NCBI GenBank assembly: GCA_038062835.1
Contig: JBBTWH010000005.1
Coordinates: 20,699-84,698, forward strand
Source of the DNA: Patescibacteria group bacterium
GTDB taxonomy: Bacteria > Patescibacteriota > Patescibacteriia > SG8-24 > DYFX01
Direction: 5' to 3'
DNA length: 64,000 nt
In this document: piece after piece, positions 28,965 to 37,696 of the stretch
Layout: each line of letters opens with the position of its first letter
Position numbering within the stretch: the first letter of the stretch is position 1
Program-made: the position numbers and the translations under genes
The notes under the pieces: generated by a model
The model's input: only the letters and a program-made list of their open reading frames with translations
Database searches by the model: none
What the model was told of the DNA's origin: nothing

Positions 28965-29007
28965 ACCTACGGGTCCTAACAAGAGCGTCTCATTTCATGC
29001 AAGCGGG

Positions 29008-29157
29008 TCAGTTCTTCTCGATCTGCTTGCACTTCGGATACCCCGAACACCCGAGGAACGGCCCGTACTTGCTCTTCCTCTGGACCATCGGCTTCTCGCA
29101 CTTCGGACAGAGCCGCTCCTTGACCGCCGTCGCGCCGGGACCTTTCGATTCCTGCAT
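29008..29157 (-). CDS. Stand-alone topoisomerase I-type C4 zinc-ribbon microprotein (49 aa, absent from the ORF track)
   Basis: Translates to MQESKGPGATAVKERLCPKCEKPMVQRKSKYGPFLGCSGYPKCKQIEKN. Confidence 0.8.
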   Translation of the reverse strand: MQESKGPGATAVKERLCPKCEKPMVQRKSKYGPFLGCSGYPKCKQIEKN

Positions 29158-29218
29158 AGGATCTCGCTAAGAGTTATGGCGCGAACCTAGGGAAAGGGGC
29201 CGTCGGCTGTCAACGGGG

Positions 29219-29686
29219 TCAGCGGTTCAGGCGTGCCACGGTGAAGGTCAGGTACGACGCGAAGGCGACCCAGGCCGCGTAGGGCATGAGGAGCGCCGCG
29301 GCAAGGCGCGAGACGGGCCAGGCCAGGACGACGAGCGCGACGCAGGTGAGGCCCAGAAGAACCGCCTCCCAACCGGCCACGACGAGGCGGTGCTGGACGA
29401 AGAAGATCCAGCTCCACAGGACATTCAGCGCGGCGTTCGCGAGAAACACGGCGGCGAAGACGGGCAGTTTCGCCTTGGCTGACGGCGTATTCCAGATGAT
29501 GAGGGCGGAAGCCGTCGAAAGGATGAAGATCGTGGTCCAGACGGCGCCGATGACGCCCCCGGGCGGCGTCCAGGACGGGAGCTTGATGGTGCCGTACCAC
29601 TCCGCCAGGCCGACGGAGGTGAAACGCGACCCGATGACGGCGACCAGGACCGTGACGAGTGGGATGATGAGATAGTGCGGTTTCAT
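29219..29686 (-). CDS. tspO: TspO/MBR tryptophan-rich sensory protein
   Basis: WY..IKLPSWTPP, LNVLWSWIFF, PYAAWVAFASYL. Confidence 0.93.
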   Translation of the reverse strand: MKPHYLIIPLVTVLVAVIGSRFTSVGLAEWYGTIKLPSWTPPGGVIGAVWTTIFILSTASALIIWNTPSAKAKLPVFAAVFLANAALNVLWSWIFFVQHRLVVAGWEAVLLGLTCVALVVLAWPVSRLAAALLMPYAAWVAFASYLTFTVARLNR

Positions 29687-29687
29687 G

Positions 29688-30059
29688 TTATTTCTTGCGT
29701 GCTTTATTCTCCTTCACCCGATACTTCACCATCCTCGCCACCAGTCCGAGCGGAATCGCCTCGTCATGCTGGAACTGGATGGCGCTCTTGCCGCCGTTCT
29801 TGTACTTCGCCAGCTCCTTCTTGAAAGCGGCGCGGGCTGAGGGCATGGCGAAGAAGCCGACGTGGTTCTTGAAGCCGCCATAATAAACCAGCGGCCGTCC
29901 GACGAGCTTATAGCCGACCATCCCGTAGCTGATGGATTCCACGGCGTCGGGGGCCGCCTTCCTGATGACTTCGCGTAACGCCTTCAGGCGGGCTTGGACG
30001 GCCTTGGGGAAACTCTTTTCGTACGCGGCGACGGTCTTGAAAACTTTCATCATGGCCAT
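29688..30059 (-). CDS. DUF1801 (YdhG-like) protein
   Basis: LREVIRKAAPDAVESISYG, KNHVGFF, IPLGLVARMVK. Confidence 0.85.
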   Translation of the reverse strand: MAMMKVFKTVAAYEKSFPKAVQARLKALREVIRKAAPDAVESISYGMVGYKLVGRPLVYYGGFKNHVGFFAMPSARAAFKKELAKYKNGGKSAIQFQHDEAIPLGLVARMVKYRVKENKARKK

Positions 30060-30071
30060 ACTCAAAAAAGC

Positions 30072-30626
30072 TTACGTGCGATACCTGAAACACGACGTCA
30101 GGTGGTCGTTCACCATGCCCACGCCCTGCATGTAGGCGTAGACGATCGTCGATCCGACGAACTTGAAGCCGCGCGACTTCAGATCCTTGCTCAGCGCGTC
30201 CGACTCCTTGGAGGTCGCGCCGATGTCGCTGTTCTTCTTGTGGGTGTTCTTGATGGTCTTGCCGCCGACGAAGCCCCAGACGTAGCGGTCGAACGTGCCG
30301 AACTCCTTGCTGATCTCCAGGAACTTCCGCGCGTTGACGATGGCGGCGTCGATCTTCTGGCGGTTGCGCACGATGCCGACGTCATGCATGAGGCGCGTCA
30401 CGTCCTTGGCGCCGAACTTCGCGACCTTGCGGAAGTCGAAACCCGCGAAGGCTTTCCGGAAGTTCTCGCGCTTGTGCAGGATGGTGCGCCACGAAAGGCC
30501 CGCCTGGAACGCGTCCAGCACGAAGGCCTCGAAATGCTTCTTGTCGTCATGCTCCGGCGTCCCCCACTGCGCGTCGTGATACCGGAGCATCAAGGCGTCC
30601 TCCCCGGGCCAACCGCAGCGCTTCAT
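30072..30626 (-). CDS. tag: DNA-3-methyladenine glycosylase I
   Basis: RC.W, YHDAQWG, FQAGLSW, RNRQKI, VNDHLTSC. Confidence 0.96.
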   Translation of the reverse strand: MKRCGWPGEDALMLRYHDAQWGTPEHDDKKHFEAFVLDAFQAGLSWRTILHKRENFRKAFAGFDFRKVAKFGAKDVTRLMHDVGIVRNRQKIDAAIVNARKFLEISKEFGTFDRYVWGFVGGKTIKNTHKKNSDIGATSKESDALSKDLKSRGFKFVGSTIVYAYMQGVGMVNDHLTSCFRYRT

Positions 30627-30982
30627 GCCTCCACGATCACCTTGAAGCCGCCATAGGCCATGCGCTTCATGTCCAAGGGCATGGCCTTACCCGCCCACTT
30701 CGGGTCGTTCATGACCGGGTCGGCCATCGCCTTCTTGTTGACCGCGTCGCGATGAGCTTTGGATTTGTAGACGATGAACGAGAAGATGACCTTCTCGCCG
30801 CGCTTCGCCTTGAGCATTTTCTGGAACGGAAGCGTCACGTGTTTCTGCAGCATGTCGTCGCCGAAGCATTCGTAATACGCGAGCGCGCCGTACTTCTTCC
30901 AGACCTTGCCGCCGACCTTCGCCATCGCGCGATAGGCCTTCGGGTTCTTCGTGATCATGACGAAACCGTCGACGTAGGACAT
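30623..30982 (-). CDS. DUF1428 (YbaA-like) protein
   Basis: YVDGFV, YKSKAHRDAVN, MKRMAYGGF. Confidence 0.9.
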   Translation of the reverse strand: MSYVDGFVMITKNPKAYRAMAKVGGKVWKKYGALAYYECFGDDMLQKHVTLPFQKMLKAKRGEKVIFSFIVYKSKAHRDAVNKKAMADPVMNDPKWAGKAMPLDMKRMAYGGFKVIVEA

Positions 30983-30986
30983 AGGC

Positions 30987-31379
30987 TTATTTTGCGTCAG
31001 GATCGGCCTGATGCAGGCCGAAGATATTATGGTCGGGGTCGATCATGTAGGCCTGCCAAGCCATGCCGGGGATGGCGAACTTCGCCATCGCTTCGACGGC
31101 GCCGAGCTCGGCGGCCCTCTTCATCGAAGCGTCAATGTCCTTGACCTGCATGGTGCAGACGAAAGCGCTGGGCGTCGCGCCGAGGGCGGGCGCTGGCACG
31201 CCGCGGCTGATGAGTCCGCCGTTGATGCCCGGCGCGTCCTTTTCCTTGGTGATGATGCCCCAGTAGGCGGTCCCGCCTAGGTCGTACTTCTGGAACGTCC
31301 AGCCGAACAGGTCGCCGTAAAACTTCATCAGCTTCTCCGTATCGGTCGCGTGGATCTCGAAGTGCACGAGGCTATCCAT
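30987..31379 (-). CDS. VOC/glyoxalase family protein
   Basis: VHFEI, FYGDLFGW, GINGG, DPDHNIFGL; start at ATG 31379. Confidence 0.9.
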   Translation of the reverse strand: MDSLVHFEIHATDTEKLMKFYGDLFGWTFQKYDLGGTAYWGIITKEKDAPGINGGLISRGVPAPALGATPSAFVCTMQVKDIDASMKRAAELGAVEAMAKFAIPGMAWQAYMIDPDHNIFGLHQADPDAK

Positions 31380-31389
31380 ACGTTTCAGG

Positions 31390-31538
31390 TTAAGATTCTT
31401 CCCATTCGAGCTCCATGGTAGCCCCGAACGGCGTGCCGTTCCAGTGCCCGACCAGCTGGCGGAGACGCTCCTCGACGCGGTCGCGGGAATCGGAAGGCTC
31501 TTGAGGTACGCGGCCACGGTCTTGGCGAAGCTTCGCAT
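31390..31538 (-). pseudogene. Frameshifted DUF1801-like remnant
   Basis: FAKTVAAYLKSLP resembles FKTVAAYEKSFP of 29688-30059 and continues as RVEERLRQLV in another frame. Confidence 0.45.
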
Positions 31539-31541
31539 GCT

Positions 31542-32183
31542 TCAAGGTCGCTCAGGTTCGAAGCGCCGAAGCGGCGCCGGCGCGAAGCGGGTTGGATAGC
31601 GTTCCGTGGCGCAAAGGCCCCGGGATCGGTCTCCGAGATGCAGCGCATCGTCCTCGATCTTCACGATGTCGTATTCGACAGGGCAGGAGCTCCGCGTCGG
31701 CACGAGGCCGAGGCAGCCGAACTCCGTGACTTCCTGCGCCTCGCCGATCTTCCAGCCGCCGGCCGCGCACCTCGCGCCGTCGAACGCCGCGACGGCATCC
31801 GTCGAAAGCGGCGTCAGCAGCATCTTGCCGAGGTCGAAACGCGCCGTCGTGGCGCCCCGGACTTCCATCGACTTCGGTCCGAGATCATACGGCCCTGAGA
31901 CGTCGAAGCGGAATATCCCGTCGGTACAGGCTTCGTCCCCGAAGAAATCGATGACCAGATTCCATTCATCTTCTTCGACGCGCAGGGAACGCTTCACGCG
32001 GCTGAGACCGTCCTGGCTTCGGACCTCCTCGCACGGCTGGCCGATCCAGCGGCCGCGGATGTCCGGCAAGGTGCGTTCGTCCCACCAGATCCGGACGATG
32101 GCGGGGAGCAGCAGCCAGATGAGCGCGAGCCAGATCGCCTGCTGACGACGGTCCAGGCGTCCGAGTTTTTCACGCAACGTCAT
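31542..32183 (-). CDS. Membrane-anchored APCDD1-like domain protein
   Basis: G.W....CE, D..C, RGAT, C..G.W..G..Q.VT..GC, EYDI.K, G.R pattern recalled from the APCDD1 domain. Confidence 0.65.
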   Translation of the reverse strand: MTLREKLGRLDRRQQAIWLALIWLLLPAIVRIWWDERTLPDIRGRWIGQPCEEVRSQDGLSRVKRSLRVEEDEWNLVIDFFGDEACTDGIFRFDVSGPYDLGPKSMEVRGATTARFDLGKMLLTPLSTDAVAAFDGARCAAGGWKIGEAQEVTEFGCLGLVPTRSSCPVEYDIVKIEDDALHLGDRSRGLCATERYPTRFAPAPLRRFEPERP

Positions 32184-32380
32184 GCGAGCTTCTGTTCGCC
32201 CGCCTTCTTCTTGCCGATCCAGAACTCGAGCTTCCACGCGCCCTTCGGAGCTTCGACGATCTTCTCGACGGCCCCTTGCGCCTTGAAGACGCGGCGGCGC
32301 TCGCCCGCCTTCTGGCGTTCCTCGGCGGTCAGCTTGGCCATGAGCGCGAAAAGGCTCGGGCGCGCTTCGGATGCCGTCAT
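32180..32380 (-). CDS. Small hypothetical protein
   Basis: 66 aa, tightly coupled to both neighbours. Confidence 0.55.
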   Translation of the reverse strand: MTASEARPSLFALMAKLTAEERQKAGERRRVFKAQGAVEKIVEAPKGAWKLEFWIGKKKAGEQKLA

Positions 32381-32381
32381 G

Positions 32382-32999
32382 CTATTCCTGCGCCAAGACC
32401 GCGCGCACGGGAGAGCCGTCGAGGCCCTTGAGGCGCTGGGGCATGGCGATGAGCGTATAGTTGCCGGGCTGGACGAAGCTGAGGTCGACGCCGACCAGGA
32501 TGACGACGCCAGCTTTGAGGAGCGCGGTGTGCACCGGGTGGTCGAGCGAACCGCGCCGTTCGATGCCATAGTAGTCGATGCCGACGAGCTTCACGCCGTT
32601 GGCCACGAGTGTCTCGGCCGCTTCCGCCGAAAGGGCGACGTAGTCGTCGAAGAAGGCGTCCTGGCGGATCATCTCGGAGTTGGTGGTCTTGAAGAGCACG
32701 CGTTCGGCGCGGACGTCCTGTACGTCAGTGAACTGGATGAGGCCGTCCTTGGCCTTCACCTCGCGCACCTCGCACGGACCGTAGCATTTGTGGAGGTCGA
32801 TCTGGTCGATGCAGGCGGTATCCTTCACCGTGTGACAGGGCGCCTCGATGTGCGTGCCGGTCACGGTCGTCATGCTCATCGACCAGAGGCTCTTGCCGTC
32901 CTTTTCCAGCGTCTTCAGCTGCGTGAACTTCGGCGGCTCCGTCCCAGGAAACGCCGCCATGCCCTCGTGATACGGGACGGTGATGTCGATCAGTTTCAT
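32382..32999 (-). CDS. Cyclase family (KynB-like) metal-dependent hydrolase
   Basis: TGTHIEAP.H, LVGIDY, VH..LL, DGSPVRAV. Confidence 0.88.
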   Translation of the reverse strand: MKLIDITVPYHEGMAAFPGTEPPKFTQLKTLEKDGKSLWSMSMTTVTGTHIEAPCHTVKDTACIDQIDLHKCYGPCEVREVKAKDGLIQFTDVQDVRAERVLFKTTNSEMIRQDAFFDDYVALSAEAAETLVANGVKLVGIDYYGIERRGSLDHPVHTALLKAGVVILVGVDLSFVQPGNYTLIAMPQRLKGLDGSPVRAVLAQE

Positions 33000-33000
33000 G

Positions 33001-34332
33001 TCAATATCCTTTTCGGCCCATAAGCCCGTACATGTTGCGCTTGCCGGCCTCTACGCCCGGCTGGTCGAAGGCGTTCACGTCCCAGAGTTCGCCGGCGATG
33101 GCGGTTGCCGTCATCAGCGCTTGGAGGAGTCCGCCCAGCGACTTTCCGGAGAGGTCCGGCATCTGCAGGACTCCGTTAGGACGGCGGTTCTCGGCGAGCG
33201 CTTCGGCGGTCGCCTGACGTTCGATGTGGGCGATTTCCTTCAACGTGCGTCCTGCGAAGTACGAGACGCCTTCGATGTCCGGCCAAGGTTCCGGCAGCCG
33301 CTCGTCGCAGCCGAAGTCGTCGATCTCGATGAAGGTGACGATCTTGTCGGACGGTCCCTCGTTGTAGAGCTGGATCTGGGAATGCTGGTCGGCCGGTCCG
33401 ACGGCAGCTACGGGCGTGGGCCCGGTGTAGACGCGGTTGCGATGGCGGTCGGACTTCTTGCCGAGGCTCTCGGCCCAGAGCTGGCGGTACCACTGGCCGA
33501 CGAGCTGCAGCCGCTTGGCGTACGGCATCAGCACCGAGACCGATTTTCCGCGGCGATACAGCAGCCACTGGAGCCCGGCGAAGAGCATCGGCACGTTCTT
33601 GAGCGGCGGCGTCTTCCAGAAGGAAGCGTCTTCGGCTGCGGCGCCTTTCCAAAGTTCATCGACGTTGATGCCGGCACCCAGGAGCGGGAAAGCGCCGACT
33701 TCGGTGAAGACGGAGAATCGTCCGCCGACGTCTTCCGGCACGGGCAGCGTGGCGTAGCCCTCGCGCGCGGCGATCTCGCGGAGCGTGCCCTTGGCAGCGT
33801 CGGTCGTGGCGATGACGCGCTCCGCCGCTTTCTTGCGACCGACGGCCTTCACCAAGCGCTCGCGCAAGAGCACGAACACGGACATCGGTTCGATGGTGTC
33901 CCCGCTCTTTGAAATGACGTTGACGGCGGCGCGCTTCCAATCCACGCCGTCGATCACGTCGCGGACGGCGCGAGGATCGGTGGAGTCTCCGGCGAAGACG
34001 AGCTTCAGCTTGCGCGACCCTCGCGTCGCCGTCTCCAGTCCGTCGAGAGCCGCGTAGACCGCCTGCGCGCCGAGAAGCGAGCCGCCGATGCCGACGACGA
34101 CGAGTGTCCCTATTTCCTTGTCGAGCTTGCGAAGCGCGGCGCGCATCGCCTCGAGGCTTGGCCGACGCTTCGGGACGTCGAAGAATCCGAGCGTGCCGCC
34201 AGCCTTCCGTTCCTTGAGCGCGCGGCGCGCGATCTCGAGTCGGCCGGCGAGCGCCTGCACCTCTTCCGGTGCGGCGCCTTCCGCTCCGACGCGGTTGCGC
34301 ATCATGTTGAGGAAGTCGTAGCGAAGTGCCAT
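33001..34332 (-). CDS. pgi: Glucose-6-phosphate isomerase
   Basis: GIGGS, SKSG.T, VGGRFS, QLWAESLGK, DQHSQ, FDQPGVEAGK. Confidence 0.96.
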   Translation of the reverse strand: MALRYDFLNMMRNRVGAEGAAPEEVQALAGRLEIARRALKERKAGGTLGFFDVPKRRPSLEAMRAALRKLDKEIGTLVVVGIGGSLLGAQAVYAALDGLETATRGSRKLKLVFAGDSTDPRAVRDVIDGVDWKRAAVNVISKSGDTIEPMSVFVLLRERLVKAVGRKKAAERVIATTDAAKGTLREIAAREGYATLPVPEDVGGRFSVFTEVGAFPLLGAGINVDELWKGAAAEDASFWKTPPLKNVPMLFAGLQWLLYRRGKSVSVLMPYAKRLQLVGQWYRQLWAESLGKKSDRHRNRVYTGPTPVAAVGPADQHSQIQLYNEGPSDKIVTFIEIDDFGCDERLPEPWPDIEGVSYFAGRTLKEIAHIERQATAEALAENRRPNGVLQMPDLSGKSLGGLLQALMTATAIAGELWDVNAFDQPGVEAGKRNMYGLMGRKGY

Positions 34333-34372
34333 AACAGGCCAAGTATAGCACGAAACCCGCCTTGCGGCGGGC

Positions 34373-34690
34373 TCAGTTCCAATGTGCGTAGTATGGGCCG
34401 CAATCGGCGCAACGGGCGCGGATCCAACCCGCGTCGATGCTGATGCCGCCCTGGTCGTCGGAGAGCGACGGGTCGGGCGCCAGCACCATCGGGCGCCGGC
34501 ATCGCGGGCAGCGGCCGCTGTCGCACCGGCAGCTGACGCGGACGGAGCGGTCCTGTCCCGGCATATGCACGAAACCCTTCGGCGAGCCGCAAGCCTGGCA
34601 GACCCGAAGGAAGCGCTGGATGTCCATCTTGGCGTTCAATGCGTGGCCCATATGACGCTGAAGCTTAGCGCGTAGCGCGTAATCCGGCAA
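34373..34690 (-). CDS. Hypothetical multi-Cys zinc-finger protein
   Basis: CQAC, CRC, CPRC, CADC. Confidence 0.55.
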   Translation of the reverse strand: MPDYALRAKLQRHMGHALNAKMDIQRFLRVCQACGSPKGFVHMPGQDRSVRVSCRCDSGRCPRCRRPMVLAPDPSLSDDQGGISIDAGWIRARCADCGPYYAHWN

Positions 34691-34693
34691 GGG

Positions 34694-35056
34694 TCACGAC
34701 GCACCGAAAAAACCGCCGACCATCGGCGCGCGAGCCATGACGAGTCCGGCCACGAGGCTCGAGATGAAGGCCAGGAAAAGGTACAGCGCGAAAGGCTTGC
34801 CGATGCCGCCCGACTTGCGCGCGTACCTGAAGGCGAAGTAGGCAGGAGGCAGGTAGAACAGCGCGACGGCGGCGTCCTGCAGGAAGATGGCCGCACGGTC
34901 ATGTCCGAAAGACGCGGCCGCTTCGACGGCGGCGAGCGGGATGCCGAGCAGATACCAGACGATGGCGGCCCTCGAAGGCTTCAGATGCGTGCCGTAGCGG
35001 CGATCGAACCAAAGCAGCGCAGGCAATACGAGGACGTGCAGGAAGATGCGGAGCAT
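34694..35056 (-). CDS. Hypothetical membrane protein
   Basis: Three to four hydrophobic segments; coupled to neighbours. Confidence 0.6.
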   Translation of the reverse strand: MLRIFLHVLVLPALLWFDRRYGTHLKPSRAAIVWYLLGIPLAAVEAAASFGHDRAAIFLQDAAVALFYLPPAYFAFRYARKSGGIGKPFALYLFLAFISSLVAGLVMARAPMVGGFFGAS

Positions 35057-35057
35057 A

Positions 35058-37676
35058 TCAGCGGATGAGATCGAATACGTCGCCCGGATTCAGCCAGAGC
35101 ACGGCTTCGGATTTCGCGGCGTCGTAGGCCCAGGCGCCGGGCGCCAGTTCGGGCAGTCCGACTTTCGCGACCGTCGTCCCACTGGACCGCACTGAGGCGC
35201 CGAGGCCGGCGGACAAGCGCACCTGGAGCGGCTTCGTGAAGCCGTCGTACTCTACCCGCACCGAAGGCACGTTCGGGATGGAGGCCTTGTACGCGCCGCC
35301 TTCGGCCACGTTGGCGTAGGCGTATTCTCCGTCGAAGGCGCTGCCTGGTTTCAGCGTGACGGAACCGCCCGTGACGAGGTTCGTGAAGGTGACGTTCTTG
35401 TCGCCGGGACTATCGCGCAGGGCCAATACCAGCTGGGCGTAGAGGTCGGCGCAGCGCATCACGCCGGCTTCGGGGTCGTCATCGCAGGTGCCGAGGAAAG
35501 GAGACCTCGCCGCGACCGTCTCGCCGGCGTCGATGTCGCGCACGACGGACATGGCGTCGCCGGAGGTGACCGGTTCGGGCGCCCTCCACGGCACGGCGTC
35601 GATGAACATGACGCGTCGCAGGCTGTTGCGCGGGTCCGGCAGGCGCGGATTCTCCCGCTCGAAGCCGAGCGCGGAGGAATCGCCTTCGAAGCGGCGGAAA
35701 GTCACGTCCATCAGGCTGACGGGGCCGTCATGGTAGGTGAAGCCGCGCCTCGCGTCCTTCGGATCATCGGAACCGGCGAGCTTGCCTTCGATGACTGAAT
35801 CCTTGAGCGACGCGCCGAAAGCGGCGAACGTGCCGCCGATGCCGTTCTCGGACAGGTACGCGCCGCGCACTTCCATGCCCGCGCCGCGGATCCAGAATCC
35901 TCTCTCCCCGTTCATGACGGCGGTGAGACCCGTGAAGACCGCCGTGTCGTCCGGGATGTAGTTCATCATGCCTTTGTCGTTGTCGTCGACGTACAGCCCG
36001 GTCTTCCTGGCGCCGCGCACAGAATTACCGTCAAAGGAGAGCAGCATCGCCTCGCGAGGCTTGAGCCGCGTACCGCTGTTCTTGACGGCGTTCTCCGGCA
36101 GGAAATACCAGTACCCGAAGCCGGACGAGGCGACGACGGCGTTGCCGCGCAGCGCGTTGCCTGGATGCTTGATGAGGAAACCCGACGGCACCTCGTCCCC
36201 TGGCAAGGCGCCGGCGCGGACGTCAGCGACGAGATTGCCGGAGAAGGCGTTGTCCGTCTCGGCGCCGTCTTCGGTGGCGAAGCAGTGTCCGTAGACGCCG
36301 AAGGCGGCGTTTCCTTCGATCTTCGCGCCGGTCGTCTGACGAAGAGTCGCGCAGCGGTTGCCGGACGCGCGGATGACGCTCTCGCGCAGGATCGGCGCCG
36401 TGAGCCCGTCGAAGAGGAGCGGATACTGGCCGAAGGCGCCCTTGCGTCCGAGCTTCGCGAATTCGACGTTCGACACGTCGATCTTGGCGCGGTTGATGCC
36501 GCGCACGTAGCTGCCGAATCCGTCGCCCGTGCCGCTGACCGCGACATTGCGGTCGAGCAGGACGACTTCCGTCCGCAGCCCTTGTTCGGAGCGGTGCGCG
36601 TCCTCAAGCGGAGAATCGAGCGTCATGATGGCGCCCTCGACGGCTTTGATGACGCGTATCTCGTGCGCGTCGGCGTGCGTCGCGCCGAGGACGGCGACCT
36701 CGGAACCGACCGGCCAAGCGACGGCGTCGGAGAGCGTTATCTTGGCCGCGCCTGACTTCGTCGGCGCCGCGAGATTCGACCAGGCCTGTCCGACCGAAGC
36801 GCCGTGGAGCGAAAGCACACCGCCGTCGACGGTCAGTCCGTCGTCGCCGACCGCCGTCGATGCGGCACCCGTAAGGAATATCTCCGCGGACTTGCCGCGC
36901 GCGACGGGCGCGTCGGGCGTACCTGCCGTCAGGGAGCCGCGGACGGTGATCTGCCGCGCGGCGAGCTTCGTCGACGTCTCCGTATAGAATTCCAGCGTGC
37001 CGAAAATCTCCAGCGTCTTCAGGCTGGGCGACGATTCCATGTCATAGATGACCTTGATGCCGGCTGGAATCTTCACCTGCGCGCCGGTTCCCGGGCGCGA
37101 ACCGCCCCAGACCGTCGCGTCGCTCCAGGCGCCGGACTTCCGCGCGCTGAACTCCTTCGAAACGACGCCGCCAGCTCGGAGCGAGATGTCGTCGGCGATG
37201 GTCGGAAGCATCAGTTCAGAAGCCTTGTCGAAATCGGCGGCCGAAGCGACCGGTTCTCCTTCCTTGTACGTGAAAAAGAAGGCGTCCGGGATGTCGTCTA
37301 CCTTATGGTTCCAGTCGGTGCCGTAAAGCGCGCTCGCGGCCTGCTCGGTAGCGATCCAGCGGAGGCGCCCGCCCGAACCGACGGCGTAGACGCGCGGATC
37401 CGTCTGGATCTTCACGAGCTTCAAACCGGGGCGGTACGTGACGTTGCCGCCGATCGGGTACGAGGCGAGCGTCTCGGCCGAGACGGTCTCGACGCCGTCG
37501 AAGCCTTGGTACCAGCTGAAATAGACTTTCTCGTTGGGGAAGACATAGCGCTTGCCCTCGTCGACGTAGTAGACGGCGGACGCAGGGCCTTTGATGAGCG
37601 GCCCGGAGGCGGTCGCGGCGGATGGAAGAAGGGCCGCGAAGAAAGCCGCGGCGGCGATGAGGCGGAATCTCGTCAT
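35058..37676 (-). CDS. Secreted protein: CPR-type N-terminal repeats + G8 domain + TMEM2/CEMIP/PKHD1-like beta-helix
   Basis: Signal peptide; KRYVFPNEKVYFSWY repeat; SGAWSD..VW...P..G..V.IP.G (G8); GHCF.TEDGAE..N.F.GNL. Confidence 0.75.
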   Translation of the reverse strand: MTRFRLIAAAAFFAALLPSAATASGPLIKGPASAVYYVDEGKRYVFPNEKVYFSWYQGFDGVETVSAETLASYPIGGNVTYRPGLKLVKIQTDPRVYAVGSGGRLRWIATEQAASALYGTDWNHKVDDIPDAFFFTYKEGEPVASAADFDKASELMLPTIADDISLRAGGVVSKEFSARKSGAWSDATVWGGSRPGTGAQVKIPAGIKVIYDMESSPSLKTLEIFGTLEFYTETSTKLAARQITVRGSLTAGTPDAPVARGKSAEIFLTGAASTAVGDDGLTVDGGVLSLHGASVGQAWSNLAAPTKSGAAKITLSDAVAWPVGSEVAVLGATHADAHEIRVIKAVEGAIMTLDSPLEDAHRSEQGLRTEVVLLDRNVAVSGTGDGFGSYVRGINRAKIDVSNVEFAKLGRKGAFGQYPLLFDGLTAPILRESVIRASGNRCATLRQTTGAKIEGNAAFGVYGHCFATEDGAETDNAFSGNLVADVRAGALPGDEVPSGFLIKHPGNALRGNAVVASSGFGYWYFLPENAVKNSGTRLKPREAMLLSFDGNSVRGARKTGLYVDDNDKGMMNYIPDDTAVFTGLTAVMNGERGFWIRGAGMEVRGAYLSENGIGGTFAAFGASLKDSVIEGKLAGSDDPKDARRGFTYHDGPVSLMDVTFRRFEGDSSALGFERENPRLPDPRNSLRRVMFIDAVPWRAPEPVTSGDAMSVVRDIDAGETVAARSPFLGTCDDDPEAGVMRCADLYAQLVLALRDSPGDKNVTFTNLVTGGSVTLKPGSAFDGEYAYANVAEGGAYKASIPNVPSVRVEYDGFTKPLQVRLSAGLGASVRSSGTTVAKVGLPELAPGAWAYDAAKSEAVLWLNPGDVFDLIR

Positions 37677-37696
37677 ACGTCCCCTATTCTAGCACA

